This document shows positions 1-11,600 of a DNA stretch of 64,000 nucleotides, piece by piece. How positions within the stretch are numbered: position 1 is the first letter of the stretch; each line of letters opens with the position of its first letter. The DNA comes from Amphiscolops sp. MND2022 (Eukaryota). A program made the translations under genes and the position numbers. The notes below the pieces were generated by a model, which saw only the letters and a program-made list of their open reading frames with translations, had not been told where the DNA came from and did no database searches. Location of the stretch: assembly GCA_964187785.1 (NCBI GenBank), contig OZ076409.1, positions 78,060,001-78,124,000 of the forward strand. Direction: 5' to 3'.

Positions 1-615
1 CGAGACTCCAACCCACGTACTCCTGCTTCTCCGACCTCGTGTAAGATCCGAGTTAACCTACCGACTGCTATAGTCGGTTCTTTTCTTCGGAAAGCGCCGA
101 CTAAAAATTTTAGAAGTATTGACATTGACTGAGTATTGATTTGGCTTATTGTTTTCAGTCCAGCCGAAAGCGGCACGATTCGGGCCCCGCTTAAGGCTCA
201 GAAACTAACGAGGGGAGAAATGCTCTAGATTTTCTCCAAATTTTCATGGTTTGCACTTGCCCAGATTTGACATGCAAGCCTCCTACCAGTAGGCTTTTTG
301 ATATCGCTTTTTTGTAGAACTTTTGGGAGGGAAAATGAATCGGAATAGGAATCCATTATGAGAGCCAGTTCTATTTTTAGGTTGAGTCACAAATGCTGAA
401 GTGATGAGAAAAGCTTTGAAATTTTGTGATAAATTTGTCATCCTAATGTATTGAAATTTTCCACGACCGTGGAAACAAAGCTTATTTTTACAAACAGAAT
501 GCCCGTCGTTGCTTTTTGCAGCCAATTTGTTGAGGTCTCAGTTTGACTTGTTGTAAATTGTTGGTTTTTTTTCTCGGTAGTTGATTACATTAAATTAATC
601 TGAGTTGTATGCGAA

Positions 616-1389
616 CAGTGATGTCCCTTTGTAATTTTTTAAACGATTTTTTATACTAAAGGATCGGCCTTGAAATTTAAAGGACCCTTTAAAGGATTCG
701 AAAAAAAAACATATTTCAACAAATACTTTAAGGGGAACGTCATACAGACATTAAGTAATACACATCTAATTTTCAAACAGCAGAATATTCATGTTGTAAT
801 CTTACTGGCTGAAATTTGGAATCGCATTGAATTCACTATGCTGAAAACGCGTCTGTTTCGTCGGAATTATTAGGAGTCGGAAAAAAATTTTGACTACTTA
901 TGCAATCGTGTCGTTTTTTTCTCCCGACTTTTCAATGAAAATTCAAATTTCTCAAGAACTGTTCATACGATTCTCTATAATATTTGGCACAGTCATCCTA
1001 CGCCCAAAATGCTCCTGCGTGCGCAAAGGCATCAAAATCGTATGATCGCGATGTGAGAAACAGTAAAAATTACCCCAAAAATGGCATTTTTCGACTTTTT
1101 TCGATTTTCTCAAAAACTCTCCATACGATTCGAACGAAATTTTCTACAGTCATTCTACACCATATTAGATATCTTGCTTCGATTATTATGTGTCGCACCA
1201 AAAAACATCAGCAAAAAACAAATCGATTGGTTCGACCCATTATGGTAAGCAGCTGCATCGAAAAATCCAGAATAGATTCATAGAATAATTTTCTCACCGT
1301 GCTATTCGTATTTATAATTGCTGTCAAATTTCCTGTTTATTTTGCTTAAAGGAAAAAGAATCCTTTAAAGGAAAAAAGGGACATCACTG
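616..1389. mobile_element. hAT-type MITE
   Basis: TIRs CAGTGATGTCCCTTT (616) / AAAGGGACATCACTG (ends 1389); flanking 8-mers TATGCGAA / TATACGAA (8-bp TSD, 1 mismatch); no coding capacity. Confidence 0.8.
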
Positions 1390-1587
1390 TATACGAAAGA
1401 ATATATTTGAATCGACAAGAAATGTCCAGGAATAAGTGCCATTTATGATATCAACGGCTAAAACTTAAAGCGTATTTCATCAAGAGAGCTAAAAACCTTT
1501 GAAGCCAATCCACTTCTAATATTTTTTCTCTGTAGTTCTATTGGAAACTTGAATTCATACTATAATAAACGATACCGGCTTTTGGAG

Positions 1588-2167
1588 GTGCAAATTGAAA
1601 CTTGTTCATTCTCAAGAAATGTCATCGCCCGTCAAGGCATCGTGTTCATCATATTTCGACCACTCGGTTTCAGAAGCCAAACTCGTCTACGCCTCTGTGA
1701 GTGAAGACGACCATCTCACAATCTGGATCATTGACACGAAAGTTCTGGAAATCGAGAGTTTTATTCAACGAGAAGCGCCATCGTTTGCATGCTGTCTTCG
1801 GATATTCCATGAATCTGTTCAATATCTCTCCAACGATTACGCAATCTCAGAATATGACTATGTAGCCTCGGCATTCGTTTCCAAATCGCAAGTTCCTCGT
1901 AATTTGAACCCATTCCGAACCCTGCACAGATTTTTGGGCACGTCAGGGCTGATTGCGTCATCTTGTCCTACCAGCAGTGAAGTTTTGATCTGGGATTCAG
2001 TGAGCCAGGGATTTTGTGCCAGCCTAAATAGCAAAATGACGACTGGAATGCGTTCCTTGCCGGGCGCAGAGAACATACAGAGTGAATTAGCAGAAGACGC
2101 TATCATGGATATAAAAGTCATTCCCGAGTTTTGCATCATTCTTGTTGGCTTTAACAGATACTTAGAT
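1588..2167 (+). CDS. Penultimate exon of an unidentified protein (possibly beta-propeller/WD-like); 5' boundary uncertain
   Basis: Long open frame (ORF 1595-2197) ending at donor GAT|GTGAGT (2168); in-frame stop at 1550-1552 puts the acceptor or start downstream of it (candidate AG 1586-1587); joins in phase 0 to the exon at 2327. Confidence 0.55.
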
Positions 2168-2326
2168 GTGAGTGATTGTTTGTTCGCTTCAAATTGACTA
2201 CTAAAATAATTTTTTCAAGTGTTTTTTTCGAAACTAGCTGAAGTTTTGCAACACGTCAATCTCCACGCTACAAGGTTGTATTGATATCAATCATGTGCTC
2301 AAACCATATCTTTTGTTTGATTCCAG

Positions 2327-2644
2327 GTGTGGGTTTACAATGAAGAAGCCTTGCTATTGCACAACGAGGACACAAGCTTGAGCCGCAGTCGAGATCACGA
2401 CATCTCATCTACGTCGACCTTAGATAGCAGTGAGACAACGGCGGCATCCTTGAAATCCTCCAAAAAAGTGGCTCGTTTGGATCTCATGGTCTCCTTGAAA
2501 TCTATTGTTGTATCTGATAACCATTCCTTGATCGCTGTGATTGATTCTTCTGGAAAGTACCATTTGATTGAACTCTACAACCGAAAACTGTTCAACAAAA
2601 GCGCCAATGCTAGAATTTCTCACTATGAAAAATTTATGAATTAG
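2327..2644 (+). CDS. Terminal exon of the same unidentified protein
   Basis: Acceptor TTTGATTCCAG|GTG at 2326/2327; reads RYLD|VWVYNEE...; stop TAG 2642-2644. Confidence 0.6.
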   Translation: MWVYNEEALLLHNEDTSLSRSRDHDISSTSTLDSSETTAASLKSSKKVARLDLMVSLKSIVVSDNHSLIAVIDSSGKYHLIELYNRKLFNKSANARISHYEKFMN

Positions 2645-2672
2645 TAGATCAGTTTATAGAATGAATTTAATA

Positions 2673-2856
2673 CAGTCGGACCTCGGTTTACCGCACGTCT
2701 TAGGGAGTATCTCATTGATTACGTTAAAAGGAGTTTACTCTGTTCCGAATACTTTTTTGTACCTGTGTGTGTACTTGATTTTCATTGGTTTAGAAATCAA
2801 ATTGCGTTATAATGAGTTACGTTGTATCGATGGTTCGTTATATCGAGGTCCGATTG
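2673..2856. mobile_element. Tc1/pogo-type MITE just after the stop codon (putative 3' UTR)
   Basis: TIRs CAGTCGGACCTCG / CGAGGTCCGATTG flanked by TA on both sides. Confidence 0.75.
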
Positions 2857-5158
2857 TATTTTTGCTTGCAAATTGAAATTATGTAATTATTCTTGAATGT
2901 ATGGCAGAGTTTGATTGCCGTGTTTTTTAAGATGCACCATTGCATTGCATTGTTGATTTTAGCTAAGATTTTCATTGATTGATGAAATATAATTTGTATT
3001 TACAAAGCTCGTTTTTTTTTCTATTTCTTTCATGTTTCATGTTTCCTTAGTGTTGATGGTTCCCAATAAGTGAGCTATAAATATCTAGTGTGAAGTTTGC
3101 TGTGGAAAGCATTTTCACTCAAAGTGTGCGAAGCTTTTTTTGTGCAGCTATTTAGATTCATTTAAAGGAAATATTTTCGCAGCTGATGAATGATCAACTC
3201 TTAATTTGCTCAGTGACCACGAAATAAGTTTTTTAAAGTCTTGAATGATACTTTTAACATTGAAAGAAGACTTTTCGACCGTTTTGTGAACTACAGGTTG
3301 TGCTTGTCGATCAGCTTTTTGATCCCATTCTTCGTTATGAACGTCACAGATCATGAATCAGTCAGCTCGGCTCAGAAATGACCTCTGAGCCCGAAATGAA
3401 TGATATATATGATCCGCAACATTTATCACGGAGAATGGATGAAATCGTTGATCGACAACCTTGAAACAATGTACTTCACAAAACGATCGAAAAGTCTTCT
3501 TAAGCATTTTTTATACATTGTAGATTTATTGTTGATTATTTGGGAATATTATTCATATTCATAACGTTATACACACATGTTTAACATTGCATTTTTGACT
3601 AATCTTGAAATCGAAACTCTTGAAATAATGCATTACGCCGTTAATGAAGTATTTACTATTTTACATTCTTTATTGGCTCTTCATGCAATTTGAATCTAAC
3701 TATCATTTTTGATCATCACGTTTTACTGTATGAAGGTTGCACTCGGCGTCGAGAGCACGAACCACACCGACAGGGGGAACTCCAGAAGTTTCACTCAACG
3801 AAATCAGGCCCGGAGCAATTAAAACATCCTTAACTATTTCCAAAGTTCGCTAATCACTTGTACTGCGGACCACGACGTCGAAAGTTTTTATCCGAGTCGT
3901 AGCCCACCTCCTGAAGCCTCGCAATGCTCTAACATGTCGAGCAGGTAATTTACCTTCAGTCGTTAATCCACAGACGATCCCTCAAAATTAAAACCGAGTG
4001 GTGACCCTTTTTCTTAAGGCAAGCCTATACTCCCTAGCTTACAAACGTTTCACCTATTGATCCGAAGCATAATGTTCAAGCCACTTCCTAACCGATCCCT
4101 TGGTAGCACCACTGAGGAATTGTCAAAAAACACGATTAGGTGACATTTGCCTTTTCCGACTCATGAACGAGTGCCCATTGAACAGTTTCATCAGGGTTGA
4201 AAGAACGCACTGGGTGCACAAAGGTGAGTCTGAGTCCAGGCTCAGCGAAAACGTTGTGCAAACCAGGTACCAGCTTTCGTTCCTTCCTGTTGTACAGATT
4301 TTTCGGCGCGGTCAAAAAGTTGTACAGTGCTAATTGCCTAAAAACAACCCTCTCAGTGACTTTTTCTGAGTTGTGTTTAACCAATGTTGTTTTTAAGGGA
4401 TAGTGCATAATAACAACTTTATCAGCCGGTGCATCCACTCAGAGTTGTTATTAAGCAAACATAGTTATTAGAGCAAGTGTTATTATCCAATTAGCACTGT
4501 ACACCTTTTCAAAAGTTTGGATGCCCATGAAAAATCCGCACTAGGCAGCGTTGAGCTATTATCCAAATTTTGTGACCCTAGCTTTGCAACCCTATCGTCC
4601 ACACCATTCAATATGAGCATTTGTGAACCAAGGTCTCGCAGCAACAAAAGTCTTGGAACGAAGGACATTGTTCGGCGGAGGCATGCAAAGAATAAACCTG
4701 TCAAACACCTTTAGAAGCCAGGATTATCATCACATACACTCGATCTATAAAGTTGCCTTCTTTTTATTGCGAAAGGTTGCACCCCTGTTCCACGCAGACT
4801 TGGCATCTGAACGGCAACTTTTTTGCCGCGGTACCCCGAACAACGAAGTGTCACATCTTCGAACTCTCCATATAGTATTCGCGTTGACCACCAGCAGAAT
4901 AATCCTCTTCTTCCCAGGCGAACCTCTCCGTTGTTCAGTGATGCCGAAAAACTCTTCTACCCTCCCTTTAGTGTTCTGCAAAAGGTCTTGGAGGCACTTT
5001 CACCTCTCCATCCACACCTGCAGCAAACTTCTATCATACCAATGTCTCTGAAAATATTGAAAATTCTCCTTCATGGCTGGTGGAATGATAAAGACTGAAA
5101 GTTTCGTTCATCAGTGCATGTAGAACTCGTCAATAAACACGTTATTGTTTGATATACT

Positions 5159-5722
5159 TATTAGACGGCGCTTTGTAGTAAAAAGTGCACGACTCTTACA
5201 GTGGCAAATCGTTTCCTCAGTCAATGTGGAACGTCCTCTTTCATAAATTGTCAAGTTTCAAAACCTTTACCTGACAACGCCAACGACCACTTGACGTAGT
5301 GGAGGAGTGCGTGGCTGTAACAGAAGGGTGCGTTGGTTCGAATCCCAGGGTGGACTTAAGTCCTTTGAGTTTTTTCGGTGCTGTGCGACCGACTTTTTTG
5401 TGAAATTTTTCATTCCATTAAAGTATGCCACCTTGAGCTTTTTTGTAGTTTTCGGTTGAGAAAAAGCGTTCAACAAGCCTCTTCTGGGTTCTTCGGCAGT
5501 ATTGCGACGTTTTTTGAAAATTTTTCGAAATTCTCGGTTTTTCTAATGTTTTCAGTTTTTCTAATGAAAAACTGTTTGAGTTTGAAAGATACGCCTCCTT
5601 CGGGTATTTTTTGGCATAGTAAAATTGAAATGTTTCACAATAGTTGTTCTTTCAGTATTTCGAACACTTTGCGTTTTTTGAACCTTGAACGGGGCGCCAA
5701 TTTGGGCTGTTCCTGGCTTGTT
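5159..5722 (+). mobile_element. Diverged copy of Helentron-like family A with an internal tRNA-like module
   Basis: 5' TTAGACGGCGCTTT hairpin end, 3' GGCGCCAATTTGGGCTGTTCCTGGCTTGTT end; A-box/B-box-like TGACGTAGTGG...GGTTCGAATCC at ~5292-5345. Confidence 0.6.
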
Positions 5723-6585
5723 CATTCTGGTTCACTCTGACCTTTCCGGAATCTTTTTGAAAACAAATAGGATCTTACTTGTTTACGCCCATTCAACTTC
5801 ATATTTACTTTAGAAAATACTTCGGCTGTTTGAAATTATGATTTCTGTCATTCGTGTGAATGTTATATTTCTTTTCTATCTCTTATGATGATTACACCTG
5901 CTATAATGTCCGTATTCGCCGGGGTGTCCCGCGTAACTTAAGACGATCGAAATCGTCGACCCTCCCTCATAGACTGGTGACGTCACAATGTATTAGTAGA
6001 CCCCGCGTAATGTCCCAAATTGTTCAATCATCCCCCTCTGTACTTAGTACCCAGTGATGTATATAGGGACACCAAAGTAAGTTAACACCTATCGCTTGAG
6101 TGTAAATTGTATTGGCCATGCCGGCGCCTGTATATGGCACCCCGTAGGGCCCAGCAATGAAACTTGATGGACAGGACTGACGCCGACTAGTCCTGATAAA
6201 GGTGATAAAGATGTCCCTTAAGGTAGAAAAACTTCAGCGACTCAGATGCAAAATTGTTAGATTACGGTTATAACTGGTTATTTAAAAATCAGCCATTTAG
6301 ACAATCGTCTACAGTTCTGTAGTGTAAATGGACTGTTTGAAGGTTTTACTATTCCATCACTCAGATAGTAGCGCCTTTTGCTTCTAAACTTGGCGGGCTT
6401 TCCTCCCAATGTACTTGGGTCATGAATTTTTTCTCTCCACTAAAATCTTGATGCCTTGTGTAATCTTCCGCCTAATGTATTTGCGTCATGAATTTCTCGC
6501 TTCACTTAAATCTTGAGTGAACGAAGTCTATCTAAACTCAAAACATGTCCACAAACGCATCTTAAATCTACATCTTGGTTGAAAT

Positions 6586-8131
6586 CAGGGATGTTAAAAT
6601 TATTGTGTGGTACGGTCAGGGATGTTAAAATGATAATTTATTTTTAAATAATTGCAATAATATTAAATTTATGAGACTCCAATAATTTATTGTTTTGCAA
6701 ATCAGTATTTAACTAATTGTTTCTAGAAAACACAAGAATTTAATTTTGCGACCCTTTACTAAACCCCCAGAGATGTTACAATTATGAGGCGTATAATCCC
6801 GCACAATTCCGCATAATCTGACGCAATTTTCGTCGCGCACAAATTGCCGCATAATTGCGTTATATTGCCAGGTGTTGCCGCATATTTCTGAGAAATATAA
6901 AACAAAATATAAGCTATTATTCAAAAATGCATGATTCTGATAATTTTTATAAGGAATTAATCATGTCCAGCCCTGTTAAAGGTTACAATCGGTCGTTTCT
7001 TTTACTGGAGAAAACAGAGAAACGAAAAAGAGGTCATTCTTCATCTGTGAATGCCCAAACGCGCAAAAATGTTCCAAAACTCAGACTTTCTTCCCGAAAA
7101 AGCTTATTATTTTGCAGATTGAGTTGAAATTCAGTTTTGACGAACTTATTTTTCCCCGCATAATTCCTCAGATTAGCGCATATTTCACAGTTTTGTACCA
7201 TTCAAATAAAATTCCGCATCACATAATTCTGAGCAAATCCCCGCACTAAAGTAACATCTCACTAAAATGCAGAAGCGAAGCCATGCCTCAATGTTGTTAC
7301 TTGGCGAAGGGAGCGAAGCGACCGAGCCATACAACAAATATGCTAACCTCTTCAAATAATAACTTGAAAATAATCGCTGTTATGGAATTCTTTCGACGCT
7401 TTGAGTAGCCCTAATTTTTTTGACGTTTTGAATATTCAACGATTTGAATAGTCACCGGTACGGCCAATACAAGCGACGCCATGACATGCAACGCGCGAAC
7501 CAATTCACATTGCAATTTTACGACGAGTTAAAGGTGTCTAAGTAAAGACAAAGAACAAATATTTTGTCTCCACAATAATTTTCAATTGTTTAAACACTAT
7601 TTAGATACAATATTTAACATCCCTGGGTACAGTAATTGCAATTAAATTGTGTAAATTATAATTGGCCTCTTTTGAAAATTTGAAAAGTACACAATGTTCG
7701 AATGGAACATTCGCTTCGGTTTAATCGCTGATTGTCAAACTCTCAACTTTATAACAGTCTGCAAGGCTCTTACCCATTACCATTAAAAGTATCATGTTTC
7801 TACGGTCTAACAGAGAACTATGGACAGCCACAAATTTCCAAAATAGGAAAATACGCTTGTGTTTTTTTATGGTTACACTGTCTCTATATTTGTTCTAATA
7901 ATATATTTTCTATATGAAAGGGGACCGTGCGCATCGAAACCAAAAAGGTAATGGTCTACGTATGTATGGCCCAGGTTACAGAGGAGGCTTGTCAAAAAGG
8001 CGAGGAATGTGTCGATACGCTGCAAGCTGCAGAGCGTATATTTGTTCTAATAAGTGTATTTATTTCAAAAATTGCAATATGAAGTGGTATTCATTACAAT
8101 TTAATTGTCCTAGTATTTTTTAATATCCCTG
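6586..8131. mobile_element. hAT-type MITE (outer) with a same-family MITE nested inside
   Basis: TIR CAGGGATGTTAAAA (6586) / TTTTAATATCCCTG (ends 8131); flanks GTTGAAAT / CTTGATAT (degenerate 8-bp TSD). Confidence 0.6.
6617..7625. mobile_element. hAT-type MITE (inner)
   Basis: TIR CAGGGATGTTAAA / TTTAACATCCCTG; TSD GGTACGGT / GGTACAGT; contains a further probable element 6768-7260 (GAGATGTTAC / GTAACATCTC). Confidence 0.75.
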
Positions 8132-8531
8132 CTTGATATTAGGTTTTTGTTCATTTATTAAAGATTCGAAAATTGGTATATTCCTTATATTTGATGCAGC
8201 CAATCATTTTCATTTAATGCTTGATCGAAGAAAGACTCGGTATCTGAATTTTTGAAAGGTTGCGTCTGTGAAATTATAAAGGTATTAGCTTATGAATATG
8301 GCATCGTATGTCTGGTATATTCAAGTTTATAGGGGCTTGACTATTGCAACAAAGTTCATGGAACCAATGTAGTCATCAGCTTGGAACTTCAGCTTCAAAT
8401 GTATAAACTTATCTGTGATAATTTAACCTCAGTTGAACATTTTCAAGTGACGGAAGTCATCTTCACTTTATCTTGACTTGATAAATTGACTTCCTATTTG
8501 GATTTGAATCATACCCATACTCAAGTTTACA

Positions 8532-8605
8532 ATGTTTCTTGCCCCAAACGAGAATTTGTTTACAATTGAACTTGAGGATGCGGATAGAAAGCCTCGTAAA
8601 CAGAT
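8532..8605 (+). CDS. Rab exon 1 (putative)
   Basis: ATG 8532; phase-2 donor AT|GTACGA matches phase-2 acceptor AAACAG|T at 9058/9059; intron ends are complementary like the other two Rab introns. Confidence 0.55.
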
Positions 8606-11600
8606 GTACGAATTAGTTCACACAGCAAAAGTTCTACTTAAAGCATGGTTTTGACATGACTCATTTCAAATTAACTATTCCATAAATCACCAAATTGAAG
8701 TATATTGTTTTACAAAGGTAAGAGTGGAATTTTTCGGCATTGTGAAACCCCGTGATTTGAAAGATTCTGAATAAATTTTGATTTTGGACATTCCTTAATT
8801 TTTCGCTAATTTGAATCGCTGAAAATTTCCTGCGCGACCTCTATTTCGCTGAATCTTTTACTAGTGGGAACTCTAACTCAAAGTTAGACAAAAAGTGTTA
8901 GCTTAAGTTATGTTATTTGCTTTGCCTATATTTTGTTATATATGAGCTCTGCGTTCTTGAAAATGTTCTTATTGAAGTTCATAAATCAATTTTGGAATTT
9001 TTGATAGTTTTTTCACTTCTGGTCTTTATTGTTGTTTGATGTGTGATTACTGAAACAGTGACGGTAAAGCCCCTCTTAAAATAATCACGTTGGGCAATTC
9101 TGGTGTGGGCAAAAGCACTCTTTTAGAACGTTTCTCTACTGGTCAGTTTCGCCAACGTTTCTGCTCAACGAGATTGCCCGAACTGGTGAAACTGAAAGCC
9201 AAACTTGATCAAGAAATGAGCATCTATGTTGATATTTGGGACACTGCGGGTCAAGAAAAGTTCAACTCTCTCACTAATTCCTATTACAGGAACAGCTTTT
9301 CTGCCCCTTATTTTTGAAAAATTTTGGAATTTTTAACTCAATATTCCATATGAAATGTTTTTCTAGTTCTGGTATGCAACGAGAAGTTAATTTCATGTGT
9401 AGTAAGATTTTCGACTATGAATTAGACCAAAATAATTTTTGTTTGGCTCAAAAGATAGTCATAACTTTTTTTCATGACTTTTTTTTAAAGTATTACTTCA
9501 CATCAAAATACAATGACTTCTGTCTATAAACGGATTCGTATGTTGGAATAATAGTGTTTAGACAGTTTGAGTTTAATCCATTTTCAGAAATTTTGAAATG
9601 AAATCTTTTAACAAATGCATGTGGGGCTGGGGGACAGAAAAGAACCACAGGAACTGCCATGCTGTCGTTTTCGTCTTCAGTATATGTTCCGAAAGATCCT
9701 TTCTAGATCTGGCTAATTGGTTTGCACGTGCCAAACAACATCACATTAACCTCAAATCTCAGGAAATGATTTAGTTAACGGGTTTGAAAAAACGCTAGTA
9801 TTTCAAAAGTTATAAACTCGTGCGATATTGTGTTTGCGAAGATTTTGGTCAATCCCCGTTATGGTCTATCGTATACTACTAACATGTTTCTCCTCGTTCT
9901 TATACTTCTGCCTGATCTGGCTGAAGTTGAAGTTTCGAGAAAATTAGCTCAAGATATTTTACTTCGAGAAGTTCATGAGAAGAATGATTCACGTATTAAA
10001 AATTTCAAGAAATATTCGAAGCCTCAGAAATATCACTTCTGAGACTTCGTCTCGGTATCTTGGCATTTGTGGAATTGGTTTGTTTTTGTACGCAAGATCT
10101 ATATTTGCTTCAGACACAACCCCTCGGTTGAAGCAACTAGTTCGCAATTCTTGAGACATGTAGTTGATTTTCCATGCAGTAAATCAGCGCTTTTTGTATG
10201 AAACGTGCCCAAGGTGTCCGCTTCAGAATTTTTTGAAAGGTCCCCCGTTTCGATTTTTGGCCCTGATATTTATCAGCTCCTTAGCATTTTTAAAAGGTTC
10301 GGTAATTTTCAAGCCTTGAGCAGGGCGCTGCCTTGGGTAATTCCCGGCTACTGTTTTTTTTAAATCTTTAAATAGTGCTTTGCGCCACTTGTACCTGTTT
10401 TGATACAGTCGTTCCCAGCGCAATATAGAACTGATGCAATCAAATAAAAACTATTGCATTTCAAATATCAAACCGCTTTTCATGTACAAATTTGTTGCAT
10501 TCCTAATATAAAAGTTGCACGTCAAATATCAATTTGCCATTCAAATAAAAAATTGTACCTTTTGAAATTTGAAAATTGCGCTCTAAATATTGGGCCGACC
10601 AATTACAGATTTGTTGCATTTCAATACAAAACTATATCAAACCAACATTAAATTATTAGAAGGAACTTGATAATTACAAAAAGGTTTATGCATACATGTA
10701 TATAAATTCTTTTAATATAAATATACGTACAATTCTTTTAGTTTAGCGGCAACTCTTCACCGGCGAGAACTATCATCACTTTTGTTTTCATCCGTTCATA
10801 AATGTTGCTAATTGATTCCTCCTTGATTTCAATTGCCGCTTCATGTATAGCTCTATCTAGTTCAAGCGGAGATGTTGGATTTTTAGCTCTAACTCGGCCT
10901 TTCCAACATGCATGTTCTATTGGATTAAGAGCTGGCGAATAACGGGGAGGAAATCTCAATTGCGCTCCAAACTCGTTTGCAATCTCTCTAGCACCCGCAT
11001 TGTGATGAAATGCTACGTTATCCGCGATAAAAAAGAATGATACTAAACCTTCCCTTCGTGCATATTGGCACAGTCGACGCAGGAAATCATTGTAAAGTTC
11101 AGAATTACAAGTTCCATTCAGAACATCATAGACATAAATGCTCTCACGTGTAACAGCAGAAAGAATTGTAAAATTTTTCCGACGCAATGTTGGTGTTCGA
11201 GTAATTGCTGGTTTGGCTCGGCGACTGCGTCCGTATAGTCTGCGCATGTTAACGTTTAATCCCGTTTAATCCACAAAAAACAAAAGATTTCCATCGAGAT
11301 GCGGCCTTGTAGATGGGCAATAGGTTATTCGTTCTCTTGATAATTCTTCCATAGGTGGTCCATACACCCGATGCACTCGTTTAAACCCGAGCTCGAGATA
11401 GTGTAGAGGTTGTAAATGTACGACCAGGAAATTGATGATTCCCAAGTAAACAAAGTTCTTTAAGCGATCGGGTGCAATCCTCGTGCAATGCACCGTGAAA
11501 GAATTGCAGATGCTCTTCATTAATTGAGGAGCGACAATTACTCCCACCACGTGGCAAAATTGTCTGGCGACCTCTTCTTATAATTGCATACACAGTGGAA

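Noticed and set aside
1536..1587. Acceptor TGTAG at 1535 for the first gene
   Set aside because: In-frame TGA at 1550-1552 in the frame of the long ORF
5283..5355. Functional tRNA genes (also ~30619-30683 and ~50350-50420)
   Set aside because: A/B-box-like motifs are present but I could not pair acceptor and anticodon stems convincingly; all lie inside repeats
9090..9317. Rab as a truncated pseudogene (ORF stops at 9317)
   Set aside because: The missing segment is present intact as exon 9651-9762 and all GTPase motifs are conserved without internal stops
9260..9650. Canonical GT donor at 9260 for Rab intron 2
   Set aside because: In phase, but would delete the conserved FNSLTNSYYR switch-II segment
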